From an uncultured Gammaproteobacteria bacterium (lineage in GTDB: Bacteria; Patescibacteriota; Microgenomatia; Levybacterales; UBA12049), in NCBI GenBank assembly GCA_964457405.1, contig CAYWEP010000002.1, positions 1-48,094 of the forward strand: a stretch of 48,094 nt of DNA. The letters run 5' to 3'. The notes under the pieces are model-generated. The model was not told where the DNA came from. It worked only from the letters and a program-made list of their open reading frames with translations, and did not search any database. The position numbers and the translations under genes are program-made. Below, piece by piece: positions 32,585 through 44,358 of this stretch (within the stretch, counting starts at the first letter, position 1; each line of letters opens with the position of its first letter).

Positions 32585-32634
32585 CCAGGTGGCTCCTGGG
32601 CTTCTACTCTAACAAAAAGAATAGCTAATGTCAA
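32585..32634 (-). promoter_or_regulatory. Candidate pyrB promoter TTGACA-N17-TAGAGT, plus the 5' leader hairpin CCAGG-AGCCA-CCTGG followed by U6 directly before the AUG
   Basis: On the minus strand the -35 is the complement of 32629-32634, the -10 is 32606-32611, the hairpin is 32585-32599 and the U-run is 32578-32583. Confidence 0.35.
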
Positions 32635-32711
32635 TAAAAAACGGAGGATTTTATGCAGTGTGACGTTTTCTGGTCATCGATTCAACTGACATACCAGTAA
32701 GAAGGAATACA

Positions 32712-33557
32712 TTATAGCATACTCTTTTCCGAAGCAATAAGGACATTTTTCAGAAGCATCGCGACATTCACCGGGCCGATGCCGCCTGGGATCGGCGTGT
32801 AATAAGAAGCGATGTTTTTGATATCATTTTCTTCATAGTCTCCATGCAGTTTTCCGTCACTTCCTCGATGCATGCCAATGCCGATCAACACAACACCTTT
32901 TTTCAGGAAATCTGCTTTTATAATTCCTGATTTACCGACGCAGGAGATGATAATATCTGCTTGCCGCATTACTCCCGTGGGATTTTCTGTTTTGCTGTCA
33001 ATAGTCTTCAGTGCAATGGCGAGTTTTTGTAATTTGGCAATTATCGGTGCGCCGCCGGTCTCACCTTTACCGATGACGACAATTCGTTTTGCCGCTAACC
33101 ATTCTGTTAAGGTTCCACCTTGTACAAGGTGGAACCTTATAGTATCGAGTGCGTGTATCGCTGCTTCTGCGATTGGTGGTGTGAATGAAGAGTCAATGTG
33201 AAATCCGTCGACGTCTTTTTTTGGATCAGTATTGTCTACGAGTTTTTGTGTATCAATGTGGCCTGGAAGCGGCTGTTGGACGACTATTGCATGGACGAGC
33301 GGATCCTGATTGAGCTTGAGAATTTCTGTGAGTAACTGGTCTGTTGTCGCGTCTTCTCCATACATCTGTACGGTAACGAGTGCGCCTATTTCTTCTCCTT
33401 TCTTTTGCTTTTGTTTGACATATGCATGAGACGCCTGGTCATTCCCAACGAGCATGACGACAAGGTGTGGGGTGATCTGTTTTTTTTTGAGTTTTTCAAT
33501 GCGTTTTTTGAGGTCAGCAAAGATAGTAGAGGCAATTTCTTGACCGTCAATTCTCAT
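32712..33557 (-). CDS. folD: Bifunctional methylenetetrahydrofolate dehydrogenase/cyclohydrolase
   Basis: MRIDGQEIASTI..., YVKQKQK, DVDGFH and PGGIGPVNVAMLL. The ATG at 33557 lies 1 nt after the gyrA stop. Confidence 0.9.
   Translation of the reverse strand: MRIDGQEIASTIFADLKKRIEKLKKKQITPHLVVMLVGNDQASHAYVKQKQKKGEEIGALVTVQMYGEDATTDQLLTEILKLNQDPLVHAIVVQQPLPGHIDTQKLVDNTDPKKDVDGFHIDSSFTPPIAEAAIHALDTIRFHLVQGGTLTEWLAAKRIVVIGKGETGGAPIIAKLQKLAIALKTIDSKTENPTGVMRQADIIISCVGKSGIIKADFLKKGVVLIGIGMHRGSDGKLHGDYEENDIKNIASYYTPIPGGIGPVNVAMLLKNVLIASEKSML
33109..33138. repeat. Perfect 30-bp palindrome AAGGTTCCACCTTGT|ACAAGGTGGAACCTT inside folD
   Basis: Read directly from the sequence. It is exactly 10 codons (..RFHLVQGGTL..). 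This FolD segment is about 12 aa longer than the equivalent E. coli segment between TP.G and VVIG. Confidence 0.8.
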
Positions 33558-33558
33558 G

Positions 33559-36500
33559 TTATGCTCTTTCAATGCAAGTTGCGGATGCAACTTTGTCTGA
33601 TTTGTCCGAGAAGCGCATGAGGATAACGCCTTGTGTATCACGAGAAAGCTTAGGGACTGACGTAATATCCAGCTTCACGACCTGCCCTTTTTTCGAGGTA
33701 ATAATAATTTCAGCGGTTCCAGCCGGAATAACCTGTGCCATCGCAACCTTCCCAGTTTTATCTGTTACTTTCGCTACCTTTATCCCCTGCCCTGCCCTGC
33801 TTTGGCCACGGAAGAGATCGACATTTGTCTTTTTCCCAAGGCCATTTTCCATGATGGTTAGAAGATCGGGCTTATCTCCCTTGGCTATGACATCCATGCC
33901 GATAACTTCATCGTTGCCAATAAGTTTTATTCCCCGAACACCGGTTGTTGCGCGTCCCATGGGTCTTGCTGATCTTTCATGGAACCGTATTACTTTTCCA
34001 TCTTTTGTGACGATAAAGACATCATCATCGCCTGTTGTGAGGTTGCTCCATATCAGCTCATCGCCAGCGTCAAGTTTTATAGCAATAATACCGCTCCTTT
34101 TGATATTTTCAAACTCAGAGAGAGCAGATTTCTTGACCGTGCCTTTTTTCGTAGTGAGAAATACATATTTCCCTTTTTGATCTTTCAGGCTGTACGTTAC
34201 CAGCGACTCGACTTTTTCACCTGACTCAATATTCAATAGGTTAACAATTGCTGTGCCCTTGCTGACTCGTGAGCTTTCGGCTATCTCAAACGCTCGGAGT
34301 TGATAGACTTTTCCTTTATTGGTGAAGAAAAGGATGTTGTCATGTGTTTGGGCAAAGCGGATATACGCAATCGCATCCTCTTCTTTTATCTTCATGCCGG
34401 TAACGCCTTTCCCGCCGCGATTTTGCGTATGGAAGCTATTAAGGGATTGGCGCTTTATATAACCGGTGTTCGTCATCGTGATAACTGTCGGTTCGTTCGG
34501 GATGAGATCTTCCTCTGAGAATTCGCCGACTTTGCTTTTGTACACTTTGGTACGCCTCGGATCAGCATATTTCCCCCTGATGTTTTGCAGCTCGTCTTTT
34601 ATCACGTCAAGAATTTTTTCAGAATGTGCTAGCAAGTTCTCTAAATAGGCGATGGTTTCTTTGACCATGAGGAGCTCGTCTTCAATTTTTTGTCGCTCGA
34701 GTGCTGCGAGGCGGCGAAGCTGCATATCAAGGATTGCTGTTGCTTGCATTTCAGATAGTTTAAATTTGCTCATCAGGTTATTCTTGGCGTCTTCCTGGGT
34801 TCTTGATTCGCGGATAGTTTTTATAACCGCATCAATATGATCTACTGCAATTTTCAACCCCTCTAAAATATGCAGCCGCGCCTTTGCCTGTTTGAGTTCG
34901 AATTCCGATCTTCGTCTGACAACGAAGTAGCGGTGTCTGAGGTATTCTTCAAGAATCACTTTTAAGTTGAGCGTTTGCGGCGTGCCGTCAACGAGCGCAA
35001 CGATATTCACCGGGAATGTCGTCTGGAGGCTTGTAAATTTAAAGAGATTATTTAGGATCTTCTTTGGGATTGCATCGCGTTTCAGCTCGATAAAAATTCT
35101 GAGTCCCCGCCTGTCCGATTCGTCACGAAGGTCGGTGATCCCTTCTACTTTTTTATCCTTTGCCAAGTCTGCGATACGCGCGACGAGTTGTGCTTTATTG
35201 ACCTGGTATGGTAACTCTGTCACGATGATAGCAGATTTTCCCTGCCCGATATCTTCTATATCTGCTTTCCCGCGAATGGTAATCTTTCCGCGGCCGGTCA
35301 TATACGCATTTTTAATCTCCGCGCTATCATAGATGCTGCCTGCGGTTGGAAAATCAGGTCCTTTGATATACCCCAAAAGTTCATCGATTGTAACAGATGA
35401 GGTGAATGAGGCAGAGGGGCCAGGAGAGCCAGAAGGGACATAAGAAGCCTCCCCGTTTGGCTCTTTTGCTTGTCCTTCAGGGTGAACCTTCAGGGTGAAC
35501 CCCTCGGAGTCCTGTACCGCTTCTGGTACGGGGCGAAGCGGGGTCCCACTAGACTTCTTTATAGTGGTTTTTCTGATCATAAAGATGATCGCGTCGATGA
35601 CTTCACCGAGATTGTGGGGTGGAATCTTGGTCGCCATGCCGACAGCAATACCTTCTGATCCCATGAGGAGGAGATTTGGAAGCTTGGCAGGTAAGAAGAC
35701 AGGCTCCTTGAGCGTCGCGTCAAAATTCTCCGCGTACTCAACGGTATTCTTATCAATATCAATGAGCATCTCAGCCGTGATTGTGGCCATGCGGGCTTCT
35801 GTGTTGTGGTTAATAAAGCCGTTCGCGACAAATGAGTGGCAGGCGCTCTCAACTTTGAGCGAATAGACACGTTTTCTCTCTCCGTTTGTTACGGTCTCAA
35901 TTTTGTCAAAGACATAATTATTTGCCAAAAGATTTGAAAATAAGGTTTGTATATCTGGCTGCAACTGAGAAATAACAGGAACACTGACTGTTTGGCTGTG
36001 TTGGGAAAGACCGTTGTATCTATCAAAGTTATGTTTATAAACAAACGCTCGAATATTGTCGTAGGAAAGCGTTTTGTCAAGAACAGAGTAGATATAGTCT
36101 TTTAAGAACGGAACGAAATCGAAAAGGCTACTGTCTTTTTTCAATTGCTCAAGAATTCGTTGTAGTTTTTCTTTTTTTCGCTTAGAAAGAAAGCCAATAG
36201 CGTTTTGGAATTCTTTATAATTTTTTCTTCCACGAAGATAGAGTTTGTATACTCCTCGATGACGATCAAATCGCTTCGTCCCTAAAATGCCAAAACGCAT
36301 TAAAAGAATTTGCATGTCCTGTACCAAGCACTCGCTCTTTGATATGCAGGAAAGCTCAATCATTTTTCGACTACTACTACTTATTGAGCCGTCTCCTTCA
36401 AAATAGGCTTGCAAAAATGCTTTAGCTACATGTTTTGGCGACTTAAGGAGTAAAGGAGGGATACGTCGCTTTGCGGATTTATGAGGAGCAAGTCCGATAT

Positions 36501-37512
36501 TTCTGAGGAATGCAATGACATACAGTGAATGGATTTCGATCCGATAATATGGCATCCTACCGTAGGATGATGGTTCTTTTTTAAAGATATGAAGTCGTGT
36601 ATCAGGAAACGTACGTTGCCACTCACTGACAAATTGCGCAATCCATCTCTCGTCACTGTTCCCGAACTCAAGTTTTGTTGGCGCTGCGAGGCTGCCTTCT
36701 GCGATAAGACTCCCAAGTAAAAAGGCGAGACTTTTGGAGAGCGTTTTAGGCAGTTGCTTTACCTTTGTACGCGGATTGCTTATGTTCGGTTTGTATTTTT
36801 CAAGGGAAATTTCCTTTTCTGGCCAAAGAAGATTTGGTGTTCTATCCAACACGGCTATATCGCCGGGTTTTATGTGTGCTAACATCTTCCATCCAAACTG
36901 TGGTTTTCCTGACTCATCTTTTGTCCAAATGAGCACAGGATGATTGTAGGAGCCTTCGAGGCGAAAGCCGTGCCCTGTCGTTAGTGCAATAGTTGGATGT
37001 ATTCCGCTATCAAACCACTTGGATGCTTCATGGATTTTTTTATTGATCGAGAGAACTGATATATTTACTGATTCACTAGCATTATGAGCAATCGATTGTA
37101 TCGGTTCTAACCCATTGTTTGTTACGACAAGGGTTTCTCCGGTGACGCAGTAACGCATGGCCGCAGGCGGATCTCCATCAATCGAACCGAAATTTCCCTG
37201 CCCATCAATCAAGGGGTAGCGCATGGCAAAATCCTGCGCTAGGCGTACCAGAGCATCGTAAATTGGCATATCGCCGTGCGGATGGTATTTTCCCATGACC
37301 TCCCCGACAATTTTTGCGCTTTTTGCATACTTGGCGCTATGAGACAATCCCATTTCGTGCATTGCGTAGAGAATACGTCTGTGTACCGGTTTTAGTCCGT
37401 CTCTGACGTCTGGTAGCGCACGGGCAACAATGACAGACATGGCATAGTTGAGGTACGCCTTCTTCATCTCATGGGTAATAGCAACTGCTTGAATTTTGCC
37501 GATTTGAGCCAT
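33559..37512 (-). CDS. gyrA: DNA gyrase subunit A, interrupted by an intein and carrying a second low-complexity insertion
   Basis: [32 protein letters not shown]|C...HN|[13 protein letters not shown] and C-terminal beta-pinwheel repeats. The full ORF is 1317 aa and the extein is 868 aa. Confidence 0.95.
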   Translation of the reverse strand: MAQIGKIQAVAITHEMKKAYLNYAMSVIVARALPDVRDGLKPVHRRILYAMHEMGLSHSAKYAKSAKIVGEVMGKYHPHGDMPIYDALVRLAQDFAMRYPLIDGQGNFGSIDGDPPAAMRYCVTGETLVVTNNGLEPIQSIAHNASESVNISVLSINKKIHEASKWFDSGIHPTIALTTGHGFRLEGSYNHPVLIWTKDESGKPQFGWKMLAHIKPGDIAVLDRTPNLLWPEKEISLEKYKPNISNPRTKVKQLPKTLSKSLAFLLGSLIAEGSLAAPTKLEFGNSDERWIAQFVSEWQRTFPDTRLHIFKKEPSSYGRMPYYRIEIHSLYVIAFLRNIGLAPHKSAKRRIPPLLLKSPKHVAKAFLQAYFEGDGSISSSSRKMIELSCISKSECLVQDMQILLMRFGILGTKRFDRHRGVYKLYLRGRKNYKEFQNAIGFLSKRKKEKLQRILEQLKKDSSLFDFVPFLKDYIYSVLDKTLSYDNIRAFVYKHNFDRYNGLSQHSQTVSVPVISQLQPDIQTLFSNLLANNYVFDKIETVTNGERKRVYSLKVESACHSFVANGFINHNTEARMATITAEMLIDIDKNTVEYAENFDATLKEPVFLPAKLPNLLLMGSEGIAVGMATKIPPHNLGEVIDAIIFMIRKTTIKKSSGTPLRPVPEAVQDSEGFTLKVHPEGQAKEPNGEASYVPSGSPGPSASFTSSVTIDELLGYIKGPDFPTAGSIYDSAEIKNAYMTGRGKITIRGKADIEDIGQGKSAIIVTELPYQVNKAQLVARIADLAKDKKVEGITDLRDESDRRGLRIFIELKRDAIPKKILNNLFKFTSLQTTFPVNIVALVDGTPQTLNLKVILEEYLRHRYFVVRRRSEFELKQAKARLHILEGLKIAVDHIDAVIKTIRESRTQEDAKNNLMSKFKLSEMQATAILDMQLRRLAALERQKIEDELLMVKETIAYLENLLAHSEKILDVIKDELQNIRGKYADPRRTKVYKSKVGEFSEEDLIPNEPTVITMTNTGYIKRQSLNSFHTQNRGGKGVTGMKIKEEDAIAYIRFAQTHDNILFFTNKGKVYQLRAFEIAESSRVSKGTAIVNLLNIESGEKVESLVTYSLKDQKGKYVFLTTKKGTVKKSALSEFENIKRSGIIAIKLDAGDELIWSNLTTGDDDVFIVTKDGKVIRFHERSARPMGRATTGVRGIKLIGNDEVIGMDVIAKGDKPDLLTIMENGLGKKTNVDLFRGQSRAGQGIKVAKVTDKTGKVAMAQVIPAGTAEIIITSKKGQVVKLDITSVPKLSRDTQGVILMRFSDKSDKVASATCIERA
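35395..35556. repeat. Repeat-derived in-frame insertion in gyrA (about 54 codons)
   Basis: It contains the tandem CCTTCAGGGTGAA x2 and GGTACGGGGCGAAGCGG, which resembles GGTACGGGGCTTCGCTC in the pyrC element. It encodes [55 protein letters not shown], where E. coli GyrA has about 8 residues. Confidence 0.6.
35803..37149 (-). mobile_element. GyrA intein (449 aa) with a LAGLIDADG homing-endonuclease domain
   Basis: Cys1 (TGC, complement of 37147-37149) follows AAMRY. Block B is SYNHPVL. The LAGLIDADG motifs are [14 protein letters not shown] and [14 protein letters not shown]. The C-terminal sequence is [11 protein letters not shown], followed by a +1 Thr (TEARM). Confidence 0.9.
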
Positions 37513-37538
37513 ATGTGTTTCCTAAAAGAAGGTAACGA

Positions 37539-39575
37539 TTATATCAGAAAGGATGCAATCAAGAGCGCAACGATATTGATGACTTTTATCATCGGGTTAA
37601 TCGCAGGACCGGCAGTGTCCTTATACGGATCACCGACCGTATCTCCGGTGACTGCAGCTTGATGCGCAAAGCTTCCTTTGCCGCCTAAGAATCCCTGCTC
37701 AATGTATTTTTTTGCATTGTCCCATGCAGCTCCACCAGTGGTCATGGAAATAGCGATAAAAAGCCCTGTTATGATTGATCCAACGAGCATTCCCCCGAGC
37801 GCTATTGGTCCGAGTATAAAACCAACCAAAAGAGGTGCTGCAACAATAATAACCGTTGGAAGAATCATTTCGCGAATTGCCGCTTTAGTGACGATGTCGA
37901 CGGCGCGTCCATACTCGGGTTTGGCTTTCCCTTGCATGATGCCTTTTATTTCTTTAAATTGTCGTCTTACCTCATTCACGACCGCAACACTCGCTTTGCC
38001 GACAGCCTCCATAGCGAGCGCTGCAAAGAAATACGGCAACGCACCGCCGAGGAAAAGACCGATTAACACCCTCGGATCTGAGAGTGAGAAGGTTAGCGGT
38101 AATCCGTTATTTCCGGCGCTCAGTTCTTGGGTGTATGAAGCAAAGAGCACTAACGCCGCGAGCCCGGCAGAACCGATGGCGTACGCTTTGGTGATGGCTT
38201 TTGTCGTATTGCCGACTGCATCCAGGGGATCAGTAATCTTTCGTACTTTTTCATCAAGGCCGGCCATTTCTGCGATACCGCCTGCGTTGTCTGTTATCGG
38301 TCCGAATGCATCAATAGCAACGATAATGCCGGTAAGCGAGAGCATACTCATAGCGGCGATGGCAATGCCATAGAGTCCGGCAAGGTGAAAGCTAAGAAAT
38401 ATGCCAAGACAGATAAGAAGGATCGGCGCGAGCGTTGACTTCATAGATACCGCAAGCCCGGCGATGACATTTGTTCCGTGTCCCGTGTTTGAGGCGTTGG
38501 CGATGCTTTTTACTGGATTAAAATTTTTTGACGTGAAATACTCGGTGATCGCGACCATGCCGATTGTTGTCACCAGCCCAATAATGCCACTGTAAAAAAG
38601 GCTCATTGCCGAGATGTGATTCAGTCCCTCCGGAAAAAGAGCTGTTGTGACAAAGTACATGCCGATGAACGCGAGAACGCATGCCGCGCCAAGGCCGGCA
38701 TACAGCGCAGCCATAATTGATTTTCCTCGTAGCTTTACAAACCACGTGCCGACAACACTTGCGAGGATTGAAACTGCACCGATTAGGAGCGGGTAGACCA
38801 ATACCGCCTGATTGCCAGGAAACAACAAATTACCAAGAATGATTGCAGCGACCGCTGTTATGACGTAGGTTTCAAATAAATCAGCTGCCATGCCTGCGTC
38901 ATCACCGACGTTGTCGCCCACCAAATCAGCAATAACACCAGGATTTCGTGGATCATCCTCTGGTATCTCTTTCTCAATTTTCCCAACCATATCTGTTCCA
39001 ACGTCTGCACCCTTGGTGTAGATTCCCCCACCTAATCTGGCAAAAACTGAGATAAGTGAGCTGCCAAATCCTAATGCAACAAGCGGCTTAAGGGACGCTT
39101 CTTGGAAAACAACATTACTCATCATAATAAAGACAACAAGCGAGAGGAGTGCTAGGCCCGCGACCATGAGTCCTGTGACTGCGCCGCCTGAGAAAGCAAG
39201 TGAGAATGCTTTTGCTAAACCATTTTTTGCCGCTTGTGCTGTTCGTATGTTTGCGCGTACAGCAACGCTCATGCCAATAACGCCTGCAACTGCGGATGCG
39301 ATAGCGCCGATAGCAAACCCAAGTGCCGTGAGAAAGTTAAAGGCAAGATACAGGATAACGAAGATGACAACGCCTATAAACGCAACAACCATGTATTGAC
39401 GCTTCATATACGCGACTGCTCCTTCTGCGATTGCATCGGCAATCACATTCATCTTTTCGTCTCCACGCGGGTGGCTTAAGACACGTGAAGTTAAGTAAAT
39501 CCCGTAGACGATGGAGAGGATGCTTGCTCCAATAATAAGAGCAGAGGCGTTATGTAATAAAAAAGATACATTCAT
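37539..39575 (-). CDS. hppA: Membrane-bound proton-translocating pyrophosphatase, probably the K+-independent type
   Basis: About 16 TM segments, with [26 protein letters not shown] and AVGNTTKA. The Lys in GNTT-K-A marks K+-independent enzymes. The ATG at 39575 is preferred over the TTG at 39587. Confidence 0.9.
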   Translation of the reverse strand: MNVSFLLHNASALIIGASILSIVYGIYLTSRVLSHPRGDEKMNVIADAIAEGAVAYMKRQYMVVAFIGVVIFVILYLAFNFLTALGFAIGAIASAVAGVIGMSVAVRANIRTAQAAKNGLAKAFSLAFSGGAVTGLMVAGLALLSLVVFIMMSNVVFQEASLKPLVALGFGSSLISVFARLGGGIYTKGADVGTDMVGKIEKEIPEDDPRNPGVIADLVGDNVGDDAGMAADLFETYVITAVAAIILGNLLFPGNQAVLVYPLLIGAVSILASVVGTWFVKLRGKSIMAALYAGLGAACVLAFIGMYFVTTALFPEGLNHISAMSLFYSGIIGLVTTIGMVAITEYFTSKNFNPVKSIANASNTGHGTNVIAGLAVSMKSTLAPILLICLGIFLSFHLAGLYGIAIAAMSMLSLTGIIVAIDAFGPITDNAGGIAEMAGLDEKVRKITDPLDAVGNTTKAITKAYAIGSAGLAALVLFASYTQELSAGNNGLPLTFSLSDPRVLIGLFLGGALPYFFAALAMEAVGKASVAVVNEVRRQFKEIKGIMQGKAKPEYGRAVDIVTKAAIREMILPTVIIVAAPLLVGFILGPIALGGMLVGSIITGLFIAISMTTGGAAWDNAKKYIEQGFLGGKGSFAHQAAVTGDTVGDPYKDTAGPAINPMIKVINIVALLIASFLI

Positions 39576-39635
39576 CGTGCTCAACAATAATTATATAATA
39601 GGCGGAGCATAAAATCAAAAGTTAGAAGTTTTGAA

Positions 39636-41597
<1,962 letters not shown>

Positions 41598-41648
41598 CTA
41601 TTATAGCGAATTTTTCGATCACTTACAACCCTTTTTGCGTTATGGTAA

Positions 41649-42374
41649 CTATGTTTGAGTATTGTTACGTAGTGTTAAGAACATCGTTTCAAGCTGGAGG
41701 CGGGCATTAGCATTTGTCGTTTTGAGAATAGTATATGTATCGGTTAGTTTTCTTAAAAGAGAAACAAGCGCACCGTTTCGATACGTGTCCTTTTGAGAAA
41801 GAGTCTTTATGAGGAGCGTTCTTGCTACAAGGATAGCTTTTTCAAGCCATTCTATTGCGTGTTGTTTGTTTTTACTCAAATCCTGTGCAAGCCTCAAACT
41901 TTCACCGATTGAGTGTTCGGGAAGTTTGCGGGTGAGTATCTCGAATGCTTTTTTGTCATCGTCAAGCAGGACCTTAGGACTTGATGAAATCGATATTATT
42001 TTGCATCGGGAAAGGATTGTTTTCAGAAGTATGTCTTTTCGCTCCGTCGTTAAGATGATTAAGGTATTATTCGGCGGCTCTTCAAGGACTTTCAGTAATG
42101 CGTTTTGTGCAGGAATTGTTAAGCTTTCCGCATTTTGCATGATAAGCGCTTTCATCTCTCCCCGTAACGGCTTAAGAAACAGTTTTTGTTTGAGGAGTTT
42201 GATATCGGAAACACCGATAGATACATCGGTCTTAGTCGGGCTTTCGGAATCGGCTGATCTTTCAGGGGAAAAGACGGTAATATCCAAAGAATCAATGCCT
42301 GCGTCTTGGCAGATCTTCATTGCCTCCTCTATCTGCTTTTTTTCATTAGCGCCTTCGATGACAAAACTTGTCAT
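41649..42374 (-). CDS. holB: Short DNA polymerase III delta-prime-like clamp-loader subunit
   Basis: NAESLTIPAQNALLKVLEEPPNNTLIILTTERKDILLKTILSRCKII contains the box VII / SRC motif. No Walker A is seen. A GTG alternative start lies at 42386. Confidence 0.65.
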   Translation of the reverse strand: MTSFVIEGANEKKQIEEAMKICQDAGIDSLDITVFSPERSADSESPTKTDVSIGVSDIKLLKQKLFLKPLRGEMKALIMQNAESLTIPAQNALLKVLEEPPNNTLIILTTERKDILLKTILSRCKIISISSSPKVLLDDDKKAFEILTRKLPEHSIGESLRLAQDLSKNKQHAIEWLEKAILVARTLLIKTLSQKDTYRNGALVSLLRKLTDTYTILKTTNANARLQLETMFLTLRNNTQT

Positions 42375-42410
42375 ATTCTTGTCCACCCTATCTTAGCACT
42401 CAGCTTTTCA

Positions 42411-42478
42411 TCCGCCAGCTGGCGGAACGCTTCGTGCTGCGATAGTTGGTGGACTGCGTCGTCCCGCCAAGGCGGGAC
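42411..42478. repeat. Two GC-rich hairpins in the holB/pilB divergent intergenic region: TCCGCC-AGCT-GGCGGA (42411-42426) and GTCCCGCC-AA-GGCGGGAC (42461-42478)
   Basis: Read directly from the sequence. The first stem is identical to the one in the yebC insert (TCCGCC-AGTT-GGCGGA). Confidence 0.7.
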
Positions 42479-42481
42479 TCC

Positions 42482-42510
42482 TTGCATTATACTCGCTTTT
42501 TTCCTACTAT
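42482..42510 (+). promoter_or_regulatory. Candidate promoter TTGCAT-N17-TACTAT ending 7 nt before the pilB ATG (42518)
   Basis: -35 at 42482-42487 and -10 at 42505-42510. The geometry matches that at xer and the KASIII gene. Confidence 0.3.
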
Positions 42511-42517
42511 TGTAGTA

Positions 42518-44293
42518 ATGCCTGGTTCTCCGACAACCATTTCTGATTTCAGTGCGAAAAGTGATACTGTCACAGCCAATATTTCTTTTTCCGAAAATAA
42601 ATCTCTCTTGGATGTCCTTCTTGAGGAACGACTGGTAACGCAGGAACAGTATAACGACATCAAAGTAAAAAGTGCGAGCCAGGGCACATCGACAGATGCG
42701 ATGCTTGAGCAGATGCGGATTGTCCCTGAGGATAAGCTTGCGGAAGCAAAGGCCAGGACGCTCGGCGTTCCCTTTGTTTCGCTATCCGGAACATCGTTTT
42801 CTCCTCAAGCGCTGACGCTGCTTTCTAGAGCGGTTGTCGAGCGTTTTTCTCTCGTGCCGTTTTTCTACGATGACAGTACAAAAACACTCTCAATTGCCAT
42901 GGCAAACCCTGTCGATTTGGATGCTATCGCATTTGTCAGGCAGAAAACAGGACTGAATATTAAGGCATTTGCCGCATCGCCTCGGGAGGTGAAAGCCGCA
43001 ATTGGCGAGCAATACCGACAGGCACTGGTCGGGCAGGTTGGCGAGGCGATTAAGGAAACGGAAGAATATACTACCGAGCGTACAGTCGACAGCACACAGA
43101 TTGCACAAATCATAAAAGAGGCGCCGATTGCAAAAATTGTCTCGACGATCCTTGAGTATGCAGTCACAAGTCGCGCATCAGATGTCCATATAGAGCCTCA
43201 GGAAGACAGAGTACGGGTTCGGTATAGAATCGACGGTATTTTGTACGATAAGCTTTCCCTTCCGAAAAATGTTCAGGAGGCTGTCATTTCCCGCACAAAA
43301 ATTCTCGCCGAAATGAAAATTGATGAGCATCGAGCTCCCCAGGACGGACGGTTTAATTTTAAAGTCGGAGATGAAGAAGTCGACCTTCGTATTTCCCTTA
43401 TCCCGACTTCGAATGGGGAAAAAATCGTTATGAGGCTCCTTCGTAAGGCAGGCGGGATTCCTTCTTTATCCGAACTTGGCCTTACAGGTACTGCGTTGCG
43501 AAATCTTGAGACATCCATTCTAAAGCCGCACGGCATCATCATCGTCTGCGGTCCAACAGGATCCGGAAAAACGACGACTCTCTACGCTGTTCTCTCGCGT
43601 CTTAATACGACACGGGTAAATATCGTCTCGCTTGAAGATCCTGTGGAATATGAGATACATGGCGTGAATCAGGTCCAGATCAATCCCGCCGTGGGGCTGA
43701 CGTTTGCCTCGGGACTTCGATCGTTTCTCAGGCAGGATCCAAATATTATCCTGGTTGGAGAGATTAGAGATACGGAGACAACCGATCTCGCGCTTCAGGC
43801 ATCCTTGACCGGCCATCTGGTCTTTTCAACGCTCCATACGTCAAATGCTTCAGGAGCGCTGCCGCGTTTGCTTGATTTGGGGGCAGAAAATTTTCTCCTT
43901 GCTTCGACAATCAATGCAATTGTCGGGCAACGAATCGTCAGGAGGATTTGTAACTATTGCAAGGAAAGTTTTGTACCGCCACAGCAACTCGTTGAGGAAA
44001 TAAAGCATATTCTCGGAAATCTCTATAAGGAAAACGTAAACGGTCCTGTTTTGTATAAAGGAAAAGGGTGTGATGAGTGTGGACTCTCAGGCTATAGCGG
44101 GCGAATCGGCATTTTTGAGGTTTTGCCTGTGACAGAAAAAATGGCACGACTCATTTTGCAGCGAACAGACAGTGCGACATTTGAGAGAGAGGCGGTTGCG
44201 GAGGGAATGATTACATTAAAGCAGGACGGGTATTTAAAGGTGCTGCAAGGCATAACGACGATTGAGGAAGTTATACGGGTCGCACAGGAATAA
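42518..44293 (+). CDS. pilB: Type IV pilus assembly ATPase (PilB/GspE family)
   Basis: The N-terminal GspE_N-type domain, the Walker A GPTGSGKTTT, GEIRD, LTGHLVFSTLHT and the tetracysteine CNYC...CDEC. The ATG at 42518 is used; the upstream track extension runs through the GC-rich repeat. Confidence 0.85.
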   Translation: MPGSPTTISDFSAKSDTVTANISFSENKSLLDVLLEERLVTQEQYNDIKVKSASQGTSTDAMLEQMRIVPEDKLAEAKARTLGVPFVSLSGTSFSPQALTLLSRAVVERFSLVPFFYDDSTKTLSIAMANPVDLDAIAFVRQKTGLNIKAFAASPREVKAAIGEQYRQALVGQVGEAIKETEEYTTERTVDSTQIAQIIKEAPIAKIVSTILEYAVTSRASDVHIEPQEDRVRVRYRIDGILYDKLSLPKNVQEAVISRTKILAEMKIDEHRAPQDGRFNFKVGDEEVDLRISLIPTSNGEKIVMRLLRKAGGIPSLSELGLTGTALRNLETSILKPHGIIIVCGPTGSGKTTTLYAVLSRLNTTRVNIVSLEDPVEYEIHGVNQVQINPAVGLTFASGLRSFLRQDPNIILVGEIRDTETTDLALQASLTGHLVFSTLHTSNASGALPRLLDLGAENFLLASTINAIVGQRIVRRICNYCKESFVPPQQLVEEIKHILGNLYKENVNGPVLYKGKGCDECGLSGYSGRIGIFEVLPVTEKMARLILQRTDSATFEREAVAEGMITLKQDGYLKVLQGITTIEEVIRVAQE

Positions 44294-44358
44294 TATTAAG
44301 TCAAAAGTGAGAAGGGTACTACTTTTAACTTTTGCCTTTTGAGTTTTGCATTGCGTGT

